The notes under the pieces were generated by a model that did no database searches, was not told the DNA's origin, and worked only from the letters and a program-made list of their open reading frames with translations. DNA of 60,672 bases from Candidatus Omnitrophota bacterium (GTDB lineage Bacteria; Omnitrophota; Gorgyraeia; Zapsychrales; JANLHA01): positions 1-60,672 of the forward strand of contig JAKQKX010000097.1 in NCBI GenBank assembly GCA_029560465.1, read 5' to 3'. Positions 7,253-16,500 of the stretch are shown in pieces. Each line of letters starts with the position of its first letter. The stretch's first letter is position 1. A program made the translations under genes and the position numbers.

Positions 7253-7385
7253 CCCTAACCACACAATTCACGCTGACCTCAACCAGCGCATCGCTGCACG
7301 CCGGCTCTTGCTCCGCATCTTGTCTGGTGGTAATTTTCGGCAAGTACTTTGCTATGGTTTCAGCGGATAATTGCGGTCGTTAGGC
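7253..7385 (+). other. attC-like site K, terminal and longest (R'' CCCTAAC 7253-7259, R' GTTAGGC 7379-7385)
   Basis: The outer arms TGCCCTAACCACACAATTCACGCTGACC (7251-7278) and GGTTTCAGCGGATAATTGCGGTCGTTAGGCA (7356-7386) are near-complementary with bulges. R'' is complementary, with 1 mismatch, to cassette-start TTAGAG. Confidence 0.65.
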
Positions 7386-7478
7386 ACAGGATGACAAAAA
7401 ATAAGAAATAATAGTGCCGGGTACCAATAATTTCCAGAGATTATTCCAGTAACCCTAGATTTACAGAAATGACGATCC

Positions 7479-8639
7479 ATGACTAAAAGAATCCCCTGGT
7501 TGCTCGCCGTTTGCCTGGGCGCGTGCGGATGCGCGTACATGCTGGGGCTGTATTATGATGTGCGGGTGACATTGGTCCAATCCAACGCCGGCACCGTCAC
7601 CAACTCCCGGGGGGAGGCGTATTCTCTTCATCAGGAGCAGAAAGTGAAAAGTTACGGGTGCGGGGACGGGTATTTTACAGACACCCTTTACACAAGATAT
7701 TCTTTGGTGTCCTCCTCCGGGCAGGACATCACGCGAAAGGAGTACCGGGAGGACATGGCCGCAAAGATGTTCTTAGGGCGGGATGACAGCCTGGTGCTTG
7801 TGTTCGAGAATAACCGCCGGACCGACATTTTTGTCCTGGCCTATCCGTATACAAAGGCGGAAAAGATCCCGGACACGCGGCAGGCTTTGGCCAGCGGGGA
7901 AGACTTGATCCGCGTTTACGCGCTGCGGCGCCTGGCCATGGACGCGTTCAACCGGATGGATTTTTATGCGGGCGGCGATGAGAACAATAAAAAGCTGGCG
8001 CGGGAACTTTATCAGCGTTTGGGTGACGAGGCGGTCACCGCCCTGGAAATCCTTTCGGAAGCGGCGCCGCGTTGCGCCGACCGGGATTGCCATTCTTCCA
8101 GTTTTCCGATTCAGGTGTCGAACCTGCAAAGTATGCTCGGGGCCTCGCCGGGCATACTGTATTGCCGGAACCTTCAGCCCGGGTTAACCCTGGGCCTTTC
8201 CGCCGGTAAGGACGCGTATCAGGCGGGGGATCAGGTTGTGCTGACATTGCGGTGGCATAACGCGGGCGATACCAGCGTTGAATTGGCGTTTCAGGAAAGC
8301 GATGTGCTGCGGCGCATGGTGCGGCTGACGGACGGCAAGGACAAGGCGTTTATCGTGAGGACTGTTCAGGTTGAGGACGATGTTGAGCACAGGGTGCCGC
8401 TTGAGCCGGGAGGCGTTTATGAATACCGGCTCACCGGGGAAATCCGCCGGGAAGACCTGGAAGATCCATATCTTAAGGAAATCCAGCAGAGGGGCGGCAA
8501 CCTGATCCTGCGGTTTCAGGGGGCGGTCCTGTCGCGGATGCCCGTGTTGTTGAAGAAGCCGGATACCATTTATGTTAAAGCCCAATATGCCGGTTCTTTG
8601 TGCTCGAATTCAATTTGGTTCAAGATCAGCGAACCGTAA
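7479..8639 (+). CDS. Hypothetical lipoprotein
   Basis: Signal peptide with the lipobox-like LGAC. 386 aa. No family recognised. Confidence 0.55.
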   Translation: MTKRIPWLLAVCLGACGCAYMLGLYYDVRVTLVQSNAGTVTNSRGEAYSLHQEQKVKSYGCGDGYFTDTLYTRYSLVSSSGQDITRKEYREDMAAKMFLGRDDSLVLVFENNRRTDIFVLAYPYTKAEKIPDTRQALASGEDLIRVYALRRLAMDAFNRMDFYAGGDENNKKLARELYQRLGDEAVTALEILSEAAPRCADRDCHSSSFPIQVSNLQSMLGASPGILYCRNLQPGLTLGLSAGKDAYQAGDQVVLTLRWHNAGDTSVELAFQESDVLRRMVRLTDGKDKAFIVRTVQVEDDVEHRVPLEPGGVYEYRLTGEIRREDLEDPYLKEIQQRGGNLILRFQGAVLSRMPVLLKKPDTIYVKAQYAGSLCSNSIWFKISEP

Positions 8640-8654
8640 TCCCGAAAGGAACCC

Positions 8655-9845
8655 ATGAAAAATATTCTTATCGGCATCCTTGTCCTCGCGGCCGGCGCCG
8701 GGGCGTATTATTTTGCCCGCAGCCGCGGCCAGTTAGAACCGCTTTATCCGCCGCCTTACGTGGCGATTTACGGGCGGGACGCCTGCGGATATACCCAAAA
8801 ATACCGGCAGGACATCAGCGCTTTGAGCATGCGCTCCTATTCGAAAGATATTGACGACCCGGCAACGGCGGATGTCTTGCACAGCCGCATGGAAAAGGCG
8901 GGGCTGGACACCTCGCGCTATGAATTGCCGGTGCTGGACGTGAACGGGAAAATTTTTATCCGGCCCCCCATGGACCAGGTCATCAAGGCGTATCAAGAAT
9001 CTGCGGCAGAGAAATCCGGAATCAAAAAATTTGGAATTAAAAAGCCGGAAATTAAAAAGCGCGCCCCCGGCTTTTTCAAAGACAAATTGACGCTGGAAGG
9101 CGTCAGTTTAGGGGACCCGGCCATGGCCGTGATCAACGGTGAGGTGGTAGGCGTCGGTGATGAGGTGGCCGGCTGCAAGATTATTGAAATAGAAGAATTT
9201 TCCGTCAGGTTAAAAGACAGCCAGGGGAAGGATATCACGATATCGTTAGGCGGGCAGGCGGGCGCCGCGCCGAAAACCTCGCCGCCTAAGCCGGCGCCCC
9301 AGGCGGCACGGGACGCGACCGCTCTGGAATCCTTCCTGGACCGGCTGCCCCCTCCGCCGGACGGGTTTGAATGGTTTAAAATGGCGGAGATCAAGGCCGC
9401 CATCCTTGCCCCGAAGGGCTGGCACGTCAAACATCAGGACCTGGGGGATAAAAAGATTTGGGCTGTCAGCAAAGAAAATGCGGATGCGCGGGACGGTTTT
9501 CAAACCGGCCTGACATTTATATCTTTTCAAAACGTCGCCACCCAGCCGCAGGGCCGTGTCCTGCCGTCGCAATTCGCGAAAGCCATGGCCGATGAAATTG
9601 AAAGCCGGTATAAACTTGAAAGGCGGGAACATGGCCCGAAGGGGCCGTTTTGGGGCTGCCTTTATCAATATGTCGAAGATTCGCCGGGGAGGGAGCCGGT
9701 CAGGATATTTCATTCTTTGGTGGCCAATGACCGGACCGGGACATTGTTTCAAATCATTTTTGAAGCCCCTGTCGCCGCCTGGGACGCGGAATGGCCCGTG
9801 GGGGATGTCATTACCAAGAACATCGTGTTGGACGATGAAATATAA
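8655..9845 (+). CDS. Hypothetical secreted/anchored mosaic protein
   Basis: N-terminal hydrophobic segment. Glutaredoxin-like stretch VAIYGRDACGYTQKY. Three 5-aa K-rich repeats are encoded by tandem 15-bp repeats at about 9018-9062. The block LEGVSLGDPAMAVINGEVVGVGDEV is GspB/PilP-like. Confidence 0.5.
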   Translation: MKNILIGILVLAAGAGAYYFARSRGQLEPLYPPPYVAIYGRDACGYTQKYRQDISALSMRSYSKDIDDPATADVLHSRMEKAGLDTSRYELPVLDVNGKIFIRPPMDQVIKAYQESAAEKSGIKKFGIKKPEIKKRAPGFFKDKLTLEGVSLGDPAMAVINGEVVGVGDEVAGCKIIEIEEFSVRLKDSQGKDITISLGGQAGAAPKTSPPKPAPQAARDATALESFLDRLPPPPDGFEWFKMAEIKAAILAPKGWHVKHQDLGDKKIWAVSKENADARDGFQTGLTFISFQNVATQPQGRVLPSQFAKAMADEIESRYKLERREHGPKGPFWGCLYQYVEDSPGREPVRIFHSLVANDRTGTLFQIIFEAPVAAWDAEWPVGDVITKNIVLDDEI

Positions 9846-9907
9846 TTTTTTGCGCTTTTTCGGCCGCTTCATATCGTGTAGAAGGAATATTTAACCAAGG
9901 AGGAGAC

Positions 9908-10333
9908 ATGTCAGACGTTAAACGGAAAGTTATTGATCTGTTAAAAACACCGCAGTTGTCCAGCCTCGCGACGATGACCCTGGACGGGAAACCCTGGGCC
10001 CGTTATGTCATGATCAGCTCTGACGAAAACTTTAATATCCGTTCGGCGGTCTGCCTTGAATCCAGGAAAGTAAAACAGATCGAAAAAAACCCGGAAGTGC
10101 ACCTGACCTTTGGAATAAACGATCCCCGGGACATGGATAAGCCTTATGTTCAGATTCAGGGGACGGCAAGCATAACGACGGATCAGCAGGAAAAGAACCG
10201 TTATTGGTTTGAAATGCTTTCGGCCGTGTTTAGCGGGCCGGAAGACCCTAATTATGCGCTTATGCTCATTAGGCCTTATCGCGTGGAATTCAATAGCCCG
10301 GGGAGCATGGCCCCGGAGGTTTGGGAGAAATAA
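9908..10333 (+). CDS. Pyridoxamine 5'-phosphate oxidase family protein (general stress protein 26-like)
   Basis: 141 aa with the pattern LATMTLDGKPWARYV ... VHLTF ... YVQIQG. Strong SD. Confidence 0.7.
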   Translation: MSDVKRKVIDLLKTPQLSSLATMTLDGKPWARYVMISSDENFNIRSAVCLESRKVKQIEKNPEVHLTFGINDPRDMDKPYVQIQGTASITTDQQEKNRYWFEMLSAVFSGPEDPNYALMLIRPYRVEFNSPGSMAPEVWEK

Positions 10334-10389
10334 AATATTGCCGCGGCGCTGGTCTGCTGAACCCTCGAAAAGTGTAAAAGGATTTAAAA

Positions 10390-11070
10390 ATGATGAACCT
10401 GATTTCTGTCCTGTTTTTCCTGCTTTTGCCGGTTGGCGCGTATTTCGCGGCAAAACGGTTTTATCCGGAATTCGTCTGGGCTGTTACAGGGGCCTGCGTG
10501 GGCATGATCATCACGCCTGTCAGTGAGAATTTATTAAGGTATTCCGATGTGTTCGCGCGGATTTATTTTTTCCATCAAAACGCGTTTGAGGCCCTGTCTC
10601 TGGGCGGGCGGGCCGGCTACCTGCATTTTGTGATCACAAACGGAATTGTGTGGGGCCCTGTTTATGGCTTTCTCGGCTTTCATTTGGGCAGATTAAGAAA
10701 ACGGTGCTTTTTGAATCCCCGGGAAGTCCCGTTTCCCGGAACTTTATTGTTAAAATTCAAGGAATTGTCCGACCTCACGTTCCCGCTCATGATGTGTGTC
10801 TGCCGGCCGCGGGGCCTGGAAAATACCGACGCGGCTAAACTTTTTGAAGCCCACTGCCCCAAGTGCGCCGCGAAGATGGACCCGGACGTTTTGCTGGAAG
10901 TCGCGGCTTTGTCGGCCGGCTCCTTGCCGGTGGCCGGCGGCATCCCCCAGGGTTGCCCTCACTGCGGGAGCCGCAAACTGGCCATAAAATTATTTGATCT
11001 CACCGATGATGAAAAACAGAATTTATTGAAAGACAAATTTTTTAAGAAGATCGCGAAGAAAGGAATTTGA
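10390..11070 (+). CDS. Hypothetical membrane protein with C-terminal zinc ribbon
   Basis: N-terminal helices, then CPKC ... CPHC pairs. The stop overlaps the start of the next gene (ATGA). Confidence 0.55.
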   Translation: MMNLISVLFFLLLPVGAYFAAKRFYPEFVWAVTGACVGMIITPVSENLLRYSDVFARIYFFHQNAFEALSLGGRAGYLHFVITNGIVWGPVYGFLGFHLGRLRKRCFLNPREVPFPGTLLLKFKELSDLTFPLMMCVCRPRGLENTDAAKLFEAHCPKCAAKMDPDVLLEVAALSAGSLPVAGGIPQGCPHCGSRKLAIKLFDLTDDEKQNLLKDKFFKKIAKKGI

Positions 11071-11771
11071 TGGACGGCCTTTATGTGATGTTGTTGTGGT
11101 ATTTCGTTTTTCTGCTTTCCCTGGTTGCGCACGAGGCGAGCCATGCCTGGGCGTTTATGAGGCTGGGGGATGACACGGCTTACGAAGAGGGGCAGGTGAC
11201 GCTGGATCCCGTTCCCCATATGCGCCGGGAACCGGTGGGCACGGTGCTTGTGCCGTTATTGACCTATTTTTTAAACGGCTGGATGATGGGGTGGGGCAGC
11301 GCGCCGTATAACGCGCGTTGGGCTTATCATTATCCCCGGTCTGCGGCCTGGGCGAGCTTCGCCGGGCCTTCGGCCAACCTCGGCCTTGCTGTTATTGCGG
11401 GAATCATCATCCGCACCGGAATTTTTTTCAACCTGTTTTATGCGCCGGATTCAATCAATTTTGATACTGTCGTGGCGACGAGCCGCGGGGGGATCATCCA
11501 GCCCTTGACCTTCCTGTTGAGCATCACCTTCTCTCTAAATGTTTTACTGTTTATCTTCAACCTCCTGCCGTTCCCCCCTCTGGATGGGAGCGGCGTTATC
11601 CCGTTGTTTCTCCGGGGGGAAGAGGCGGCGGTGAAATATTTGCATTTCATCAGCAATCCGTCGTTCCAGATTTTCGGCCTTTTAATGGCCTGGCATATTA
11701 TGGATTTTATTTTCTATCCTGTTCATATGGGGTTTGTGAACGCGATGTATTGGGGGCTGGCGCATTATTGA
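11067..11771 (+). CDS. Site-2 protease family (M50) metalloprotease
   Basis: HEASHAW (HExxH) lies in a transmembrane helix, with NLLPFPPLDGS later. Confidence 0.85.
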   Translation: MMDGLYVMLLWYFVFLLSLVAHEASHAWAFMRLGDDTAYEEGQVTLDPVPHMRREPVGTVLVPLLTYFLNGWMMGWGSAPYNARWAYHYPRSAAWASFAGPSANLGLAVIAGIIIRTGIFFNLFYAPDSINFDTVVATSRGGIIQPLTFLLSITFSLNVLLFIFNLLPFPPLDGSGVIPLFLRGEEAAVKYLHFISNPSFQIFGLLMAWHIMDFIFYPVHMGFVNAMYWGLAHY

Positions 11772-11849
11772 TGGATTCTTGAAAAAGGGATACAATGATC
11801 CCAATGGCCGCACGGACCAGATGTTTAGCTTGAAGGAAAGGGGAACTCT

Positions 11850-12245
11850 ATGACGGAAGTATCAATACTTTTAGTGGCCCAGTATATTCTGAAATTAATC
11901 CGGCATTTTATTTATATTGATAAAATCCCCCCGTCTTGCCTGATGCGCGAGGAGATCGTGGGTGACAGCGCGAAGGTCCCGGTTGTGTCTATAATTTTTA
12001 TCGGCCTTTGTATATTTTTAATTATAAAGAAAGAAAAAGCCGGGTATTTTCTCGCCTGGTGTATTTCAGCGTTTTCCATTTTTTCGGTTTTTTCCTATGG
12101 ATTATATTTTCATGTTGTGGTCAATGAAATATCCGCGGGGTTTATCGCGTTAAATATCCTGCTGTTATTTGTAAGCGTGAAAACAATCTATCGTGTGCGA
12201 GGGCTGAAAATAAACAACTTTTTTAATAAGAAAATAAAAGCCTGA
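11850..12245 (+). CDS. Hypothetical membrane protein
   Basis: 131 aa with about 3 hydrophobic helices. AT-richer than its neighbours. Confidence 0.45.
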   Translation: MTEVSILLVAQYILKLIRHFIYIDKIPPSCLMREEIVGDSAKVPVVSIIFIGLCIFLIIKKEKAGYFLAWCISAFSIFSVFSYGLYFHVVVNEISAGFIALNILLLFVSVKTIYRVRGLKINNFFNKKIKA

Positions 12246-12305
12246 CAAGCCGCTTGGCAGGGCGCCCCGCCGGGAACCTTGTGTTAACAATAAGGAGGAA
12301 AAGCA

Positions 12306-12950
12306 ATGGCCATTAATGAAGAACTGTTGAATTTCGTCAGGGATGCCCTGGCGCGCGGGCTTCCGCGGGTCCAGATTGAAGACGCTTTGCTGAAGGCGGG
12401 TTGGGATTCCGCGCAGGTGAAAAGCGCGATGACCGCTTACGCGGAGATCCCGTTCCCGATTCCGGTGCCGCGGCCCAAGCCCTACCTCTCCGCGCGCGAG
12501 GCGTTCATGTACCTTGTCCTTTTTACGACGTTATATATCAGCGCGTTCAACCTCGGGAGCCTGATTTTCCAATTCATCGAGCGCGCGTTCCCGGACTCGG
12601 CCGCGTCCTCCGGTTACAATTACACGCGGGAGGCGATCCGTTGGGCGGTCTCGTCCCTTATCATCGCGTTCCCGGTTTTCCTTTATTTATCCCGGTTGCT
12701 TAGCGGCGCGGTCAGGCGCGACCCGGTCAAGCGCGCGTCGAAAGTGCGCAAGTGGCTGACGTACATAACGCTGTTTATCACCGCCGGTGTGATTATTGGC
12801 GATTTAACGGCCCTGATTTATAATTTTCTGGGCGGGGAGATGACCGCGCGTTTCTTCCTGAAAGTGCTGACGGTCGGGGGTATCGCCGGCGCGGTTTTTG
12901 GCTATTACCTGCGCGACATGCGCGCGGAAGAAGCGGAGATCAAATCATGA
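12306..12950 (+). CDS. Membrane protein resembling DUF5671 family
   Basis: Soluble N-terminal helical module (LNFVRDALARGLPRVQIEDALLKAGW), then 4 helices with LYISAFNLGSLIFQFIERAFPD. Family assignment is from memory. Confidence 0.5.
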   Translation: MAINEELLNFVRDALARGLPRVQIEDALLKAGWDSAQVKSAMTAYAEIPFPIPVPRPKPYLSAREAFMYLVLFTTLYISAFNLGSLIFQFIERAFPDSAASSGYNYTREAIRWAVSSLIIAFPVFLYLSRLLSGAVRRDPVKRASKVRKWLTYITLFITAGVIIGDLTALIYNFLGGEMTARFFLKVLTVGGIAGAVFGYYLRDMRAEEAEIKS

Positions 12951-13375
12951 GAGGGCGGGGGCAGGTTGTTTTCACCGCGGCGGTCGTTGTCGTGGTCGTG
13001 GCTGCGGTGGCCGGCGGGCTTTTCTTGCTCGGGTCTCCGGCCCAGGAGCGAATACGGCGCATAGACGGCCAGAGGGTGTCTGACTTAAGCGCGATGGCCG
13101 GAGCGGTCGACCTTTATTGGACGCGCCACACGCGGCTGCCGGCTTCGCTGGAAGAGCTCGCGGCGGAACCCGGGGCTTACGTAAAACGCGGGGATCCGGT
13201 CACCCAGCGGCCTTATGAGTACAGGGCCCGCGAAGGCAACGCCTATGAGTTGTGCGCCGCTTTCGACCGTGAATCAACGGCCAGTCAGCCGGGAGGCTAT
13301 TATTACAGGGATTTCTGGGCGCATGGGGCTGGCCGGCAGTGCTTCAAGCTTGAAGCGCAGGAGATCAAACGGTAG
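12947..13375 (+). CDS. Hypothetical membrane-anchored protein
   Basis: ATGA overlap with the upstream gene. A valine/alanine-rich anchor is followed by a small globular domain. Confidence 0.5.
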   Translation: MRGRGQVVFTAAVVVVVVAAVAGGLFLLGSPAQERIRRIDGQRVSDLSAMAGAVDLYWTRHTRLPASLEELAAEPGAYVKRGDPVTQRPYEYRAREGNAYELCAAFDRESTASQPGGYYYRDFWAHGAGRQCFKLEAQEIKR

Positions 13376-13423
13376 TGCGCTGGCGGTTTTTCCCCGGAGA
13401 TAAAACTTTTTTCAGGCCAAGGG

Positions 13424-13452
13424 TTGCATCTTTTCTAATATTCTGCTAATAT
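13424..13452 (+). promoter_or_regulatory. Sigma-70-like promoter candidate (TTGCAT-17-TAATAT)
   Basis: -35 at 13424-13429 and -10 at 13447-13452, in an AT-rich intergenic region upstream of the giant ORF. Confidence 0.4.
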
Positions 13453-13553
13453 TTAGACAGTCCCTGATTATTGACGTACTTTTCAAAATCACCCGATATT
13501 AATATGTCCCGCCTTTCGTGTCAGCCCTTTCTCCTAAAGGAGGTGTTTCTATC

Positions 13554-16500
13554 TTGCGAAATATACGCAACAGTGCCATGGTTTTTGTTTTTCCCTTCAT
13601 TTTCCTGTTCATTTCAACCCTGTCGTTTGCCCAAACGCTGACGTATCAGGGTGTCATTTCACCCCGCAAGCCGGATGTGGATCTTAATCAAGCCTTTACG
13701 CCCACGCTTTTGGAAGGCCTTATCGTCTATCCAGACAACCCTTTAAGCGTCAATTTCGTCATTTTGCCCGGCCAGGACCTTGGCGAGAAGGACAGCATTT
13801 CCCCGGAGCAGGTTAACGAGTTCGCGAAATATTTTCTGGCGTCGTTGACGATCCCGGAAGAAGACATTTGGGTGAACCTGTCGCCTTATGAAAAAGAAAA
13901 AACGATCCCTGACATCTTAAGCCTGACGGCCATGGGCCGGGAGATGCTGGAGCAGGATTACATTTTGAAAAAATTGTCCGCGGCTGTCATGAACCCGGAA
14001 ATACCTTCTGGGGAAGATTTCTGGAAGCAGACCTACCGGAAGGCCGCGGAAAAATACGGCACCACCGGAATCCCGATCCAGACGTTTAATAAAATTTGGA
14101 TTATCCCCGATAAAGCGGTGATTTATGAGAACGCCAACAGCGCGTATATCGCCCAAAGCCATCTGAAAGTTATGCTGGAAGAAGACCTGATGGCGCTCGA
14201 CCAAAGTTTTGAGTCCCGGGTCCTGGGGGAACGCGGCCAGAGCAAAGAGCAGGCCCAGGACGTGAACGCGCTTTCGTCCCAGGTCGTGCGGGAGGTCCTG
14301 GTGCCGGTTATTGAGAAAGAGGTTAATGAAGGCCGGCATTTCGCCAAACTGCGCCAGATTTATCACGCTATGATTTTAGCCACGTGGTATAAAAGGGCGC
14401 TGAAAGAAACCTTGTTAAAAAAAGCGTATGTTAATCAGGAGAAGGTTGAAGGTATCGCGCTGGATGAAACAACGTATAAAGAAAAGGTTTACGCCCAGTA
14501 TTTTGAGACGCTCCGGCAGGGCGTCGTGAATTTTATCCGCGAGGAAGTTGACCCGGTCAGCCGGGAGATGGTTCCCCGGAAATATTTTTCCGGCGGAATA
14601 ACCCCGGCGAAGAACCTCGGGAAAATCCTGGAAGTCACCAGTTCTCCGATCACAGCCACCCTGGTGGCCCAGAAGTTTCGTGATCCGGGCCTGAATCCCA
14701 ACGGCAGGCTGCCGAATATCGCGTTTTTAGAATTCGTGCCCGTGGGCGATAACTCGTACCGGGCATTTTGGGACACGATGAACGTGTTGAATATCCCAGG
14801 GCCGTACTTAAAACAAATCCGTTTAACGTTTAATGAAACCAGCCAGCGGGACCGCACGAAGATCATCAACGCCGTGTTGAAGCTTCCCGCGGCCCTGCAG
14901 AATCCGGAAGAGAATTTTTATTATATCGTCTGGGCTATCAACACGCTGACGTTGCCGGTTTCGGCCCTGGAGCCGTATTTAAAAGCGAACCGCCCCCAGG
15001 ATTGGGAATCGCTTCTGGCCCGGTTCCGCGATATGGCCGGGCAGCTGGAGCGCGGGCGGGCGCTGCGGTTGTCAAAGAATATCAACCTGACCCGGGAGAC
15101 CGGCGGGATCAAAGGGTACCAGGAAGAAGAGTTGATGGAAGCCCCGGATTATCCGGAGAAAATCGCCGAGCTCAAAGAGCTGACCCGGCAATACGTTGGG
15201 CAAGAGGGCGAGCCGTTGCGGGTGTGGATGATCAATTCTTCGATCGCCGGCGGGGTGGGCGACATTATCTCCGCGTTCGTGGCGCACGCCAAAGCCTTTC
15301 CGGAAAATCTCGTCATGGAATGGTTTAAATATGATTTGAGCGGGCTGGAAGGCACGCCGATCCTCCATTACCTTTTTCACGGCAAAGAAGACGGGCTGCG
15401 CCACACGCCGGGCATGAAAGACCAGTTTGTCTGGACCACCATGCGCAACGCCGCCGCCATGATTCGGATGATCCAGGCACAGAATATCCCGGCCCCGCAT
15501 TACGTGATCGTTAATGACCCGCAGCCGGCGGCGTTATACCGCGTTATGCAGCGGCAGTTCCCGGAATTCTTTGAGTCCTATTTTAAGAATACGGTCTTCA
15601 CCTGGTTCGGGCACATCCCGTTTGAGGCGCGCAGCGACGAGGCGAAGACCGCCACCCGGTTCCTTTCGTATTTCGTGGACACCCACGCTAACAGCGCGTA
15701 CCATGATTACCTGATCAACGGGCAGGGCAGCAAAATTTTGCCTGTCACGCATCCGGTGGTCGCGAACTTGAACTCCATCGATATTTTCGGGTATTACAAT
15801 ATCGGGTTGAATGAACAAACCGTGGCCGCCGTCCTAGACCATTTGAGGATCGAACGAGTGCAACAGGATGTGTTCTTCACGCATAATTCCCGGGTCGACC
15901 CTTTAAAAGGAAAGACCGAGGCCCTGGAAGCGTTTGAACGGATGTATGACAAAAATGAAAATGCCGGCAAGAGGATTCGTATCATTCTGACCGGGCCGGT
16001 GGCCAGTGACAATCCGGGATGGGAAGGCATAGAAGATTTGAAAAGCCGCGTGGACCGCATCAATGCCAAACTGAACGCCCGCTTCCGCACCGGAAACCTG
16101 GAATACGCGGTTTTACGCCTGTTTTTCGCGACGAACCCTGAACGGGATATCAGAGCTGAATTTGAAGGCCGCCGCACGCCTTCAAACGTTCAAAGGGAAG
16201 AGGGGAAACTTCAACAGTGGAGAGAAACGCAGGAGCGTTTGCGGGCCATGGGCATTGACCCTGATTTGATGGTGCCGCAGCTGGATAAAGAAGGCAATCT
16301 GGAGCAGGCTTTGGGTGAAATGTCGATCAAGGTGAACGTCCTGACCCCGACAGACATCCACCAGATCATGCTCAACGCGCTTATGACCCTGCCGATCAGC
16401 AACCTGGCCAATTCCCTGGAAGAAGGGTTTGGCCTAGCCGCCACCGCTGATAAGCTGCATGGCAAAAGTCGCAGATATATGGATGAAGACAGCCGGCGGG

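Larger units (their letters stand above)
1..7385 (+). mobile_element. Integron-type gene-cassette array (about 11 cassettes; integrase not in window, predicted upstream of nt 1)
   Basis: Short same-strand ORFs of sharply differing base composition, each followed by a 51-133 bp imperfect palindrome bounded by an AAC-type box (R'') and a GTT-type box (R'). Cassette-start hexamers are reverse complements of the R'' box of the same cassette (TTAGAC 1065-1070 / GTCTAA 1396-1401; TTGTTAGCGA 4150-4159 / TCGCTAACAA 4969-4978). The array ends at GTTAGGC 7379-7385, after which composition becomes uniform. Confidence 0.65.
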
